Shown in pieces: positions 62,516 through 64,000 of a DNA stretch of 64,000 bases (position 1 is the first letter of the stretch; every line of letters begins with the position of its first letter). The notes below the pieces were generated by a model. That model saw only the letters and a list, made by a program, of their open reading frames with translations. It was not told the DNA's origin and did not search any database. The position numbers and the translations under genes are program-made. This DNA comes from Chloroflexia bacterium (GTDB lineage Bacteria > Chloroflexota > Chloroflexia > DTKN01): positions 15,072-79,071 of the forward strand of contig DAOTVY010000045.1 in NCBI GenBank assembly GCA_034436115.1, read 5' to 3'.

Positions 62516-64000
62516 TCAAGGACTCGTCCGTCGGATCAGCGGCAGGTAGACGCGGTGCGGGACGGAGCACCAGACGCTCACGCTGCCCGAGAAGGTGTCC
62601 TGCTGAGCGGGTACGCAGTTGCTCACCGTTAGGGTGAAGGGATAATTGCCGGGCCAGCCAAACTCGACCGTCGGGGTCGGCTCCGTCCGGACCCCGAGAG
62701 GCCCCAGATCCCACGTATAGGAAAAAGGCGGCGTTCCCGACAGTCGCGCGGTAAAGGTGACCGTGCACCCGCTGGTGGCCGTCACCACATCGAGGATCTG
62801 CACCGGCTCACACCCCGCGATGTGGAAAAAGACCGCCGTGAAGGGACCCCAGTAGCCATCCTGGGAGCGGCCATGCACCAACAAGTAGTGGACCCCTGGT
62901 GTGAGCCCCTCGGTATCCACCGTGGCCTGGACCGGTTCTACGATCTCGTCAAAGGCGCCGTCCAGCGGGGCCAGCGGCAGGCCCGTTCCATCCGCTCCCG
63001 GGGCATCGATAAAGTATTCCGCCGCGGCCACGGGTCGCTCGGGCACCGAGCAGTCGGAGTTCTGGATGCGATGGTCCTCCAGGGTAGCGGAAAGCAGGAA
63101 CGGCTCGCCTGCGGGCACCGGGTCCGGGGAAACAGAGAGGGTATGGGCATCCGGCCCGTAGACGGTGGTATAGGGGTCCGGAGCAACGATCTTGGCGGCG
63201 TGCACGAAGGCAGGCAGGTTCTCCTCCCAGATATCCCAGGGGAATTCGTTCCCCCAGCAGGCCTGGAAGAAATCTTCCCCCATCTCGAAGGTGAACGAGG
63301 CCACGCCCCGATCGCCGTAGAACCAGTCGTCGGTCGTGCCGTTGGGGTTGTACCAAAGCACCTCCCCTGGCCGGCCGACCTCGTAGCCATTGTAGGTCGC
63401 CCATTTGCACCCGATCGCGCGCAGTGCCGCATCGTCCGGTGCCGGTTCTGGGGCATTGTAACTCCAGGGGATCAGGATCGCGTTCCAGTAACTGTGCAAC
63501 GTCAGCATCATCCCCGTCGTGTCCGCCGGCTCCGGGAACAGCTGTGTTCCGAGCGACTGGATGGCCTGCGTTTCGGGCTCGGATGCCGCAGCGACGCCGC
63601 GATACCCCTGAGCGCAGGGGTCCGAGGTGGAGCCACTGTTGTCGTAGGCCCACATGTAGGCATAGTTGCGGTTGATGTCCACCCCGTAGTGGTTGTACGC
63701 CGTTGGCGGCCAGGCACAGCCGGGGTTCACGCTATCGTTGGTGTTCTTCCGCCACCACCAGCCTGAAGGCTCCACCATCTTCCGGCCGTCGGGGTTGACC
63801 AGGGGAACCACCCATACCTCGCGGTGATCGACCAGCCAAGTCACATCTGGGTCGACGCCATACCCACCGGCACCCCGGAAACCACCGGTGAGGTAATCGA
63901 TGAAAAAGTCGGCCACCTCGGGCACGACCATTTCCCGGGCATGGTGCTCCGAGACGATCAGTAGGGTGGGTTTGGGCCCGGGAATCGCTTCGTTGGTGAT
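62516..64000 (-). CDS. M14-family zinc carboxypeptidase (partial; the N-terminus lies beyond the window end) with C-terminal PKD-like domain and RVYLPLIRR tail
   Basis: SEHHAREMV (HxxE zinc motif) at the window edge; M14 core; C-terminal beta-rich domain; ends ...VPHRVYLPLIRRTSP. Confidence 0.75.
   Translation of the reverse strand: MTNEAIPGPKPTLLIVSEHHAREMVVPEVADFFIDYLTGGFRGAGGYGVDPDVTWLVDHREVWVVPLVNPDGRKMVEPSGWWWRKNTNDSVNPGCAWPPTAYNHYGVDINRNYAYMWAYDNSGSTSDPCAQGYRGVAAASEPETQAIQSLGTQLFPEPADTTGMMLTLHSYWNAILIPWSYNAPEPAPDDAALRAIGCKWATYNGYEVGRPGEVLWYNPNGTTDDWFYGDRGVASFTFEMGEDFFQACWGNEFPWDIWEENLPAFVHAAKIVAPDPYTTVYGPDAHTLSVSPDPVPAGEPFLLSATLEDHRIQNSDCSVPERPVAAAEYFIDAPGADGTGLPLAPLDGAFDEIVEPVQATVDTEGLTPGVHYLLVHGRSQDGYWGPFTAVFFHIAGCEPVQILDVVTATSGCTVTFTARLSGTPPFSYTWDLGPLGVRTEPTPTVEFGWPGNYPFTLTVSNCVPAQQDTFSGSVSVWCSVPHRVYLPLIRRTSP

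Overview
This is a gene-dense segment of a high-GC (about 67%) bacterial chromosome: about 57 protein-coding genes and one tRNA, with no rRNA, CRISPR array or obvious transposase/integrase. Main content from left to right: (1) an edge-truncated rhomboid protease, a DUF362 protein and gmhA. (2) A Wood-Ljungdahl carbonyl-branch cluster ordered small unknown ORF, cooS, acsB, CBS-domain protein, acsD, acsC; the cluster itself lacks acsE, cooC and acsF. (3) A cell-envelope locus with pspC, three GT2 glycosyltransferases and a polytopic membrane protein that appears frame-disrupted. (4) A standalone tRNA-Glu(CUC) with consensus promoter, followed by a 38-bp direct repeat upstream of a tal-glpX pair. 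(5) Housekeeping genes (cysS, rlmB, nadD, secG, scpA, scpB, infC, rplT, a TrmH-family methyltransferase). (6) A roughly 9-kb minus-strand acyl-CoA oxidation operon (crotonase with a zinc-ribbon insertion, 2-oxoacid:ferredoxin oxidoreductase alpha and beta, acyl-CoA dehydrogenase, etfB, etfA, membrane FeS oxidoreductase). It is divergently transcribed from a FadR-type gntR operon that also carries a TPP enzyme and an FAD oxidoreductase and has an AT-rich palindromic operator. (7) Transporters: a COG0701-type permease, a putative ion transporter, an MFS transporter, an AI-2E family transporter and a solo family-5 substrate-binding protein. (8) A 2025-aa secreted subtilase with duplicated MAM-like domains and a Kelch propeller, and an M14 carboxypeptidase that shares its extreme C-terminal R-x-Y-L-P-L-I tail. 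Many long antisense ORFs in the six-frame track are high-GC artefacts. Every functional call is from motif and family recognition by eye; none has been checked by a database search.
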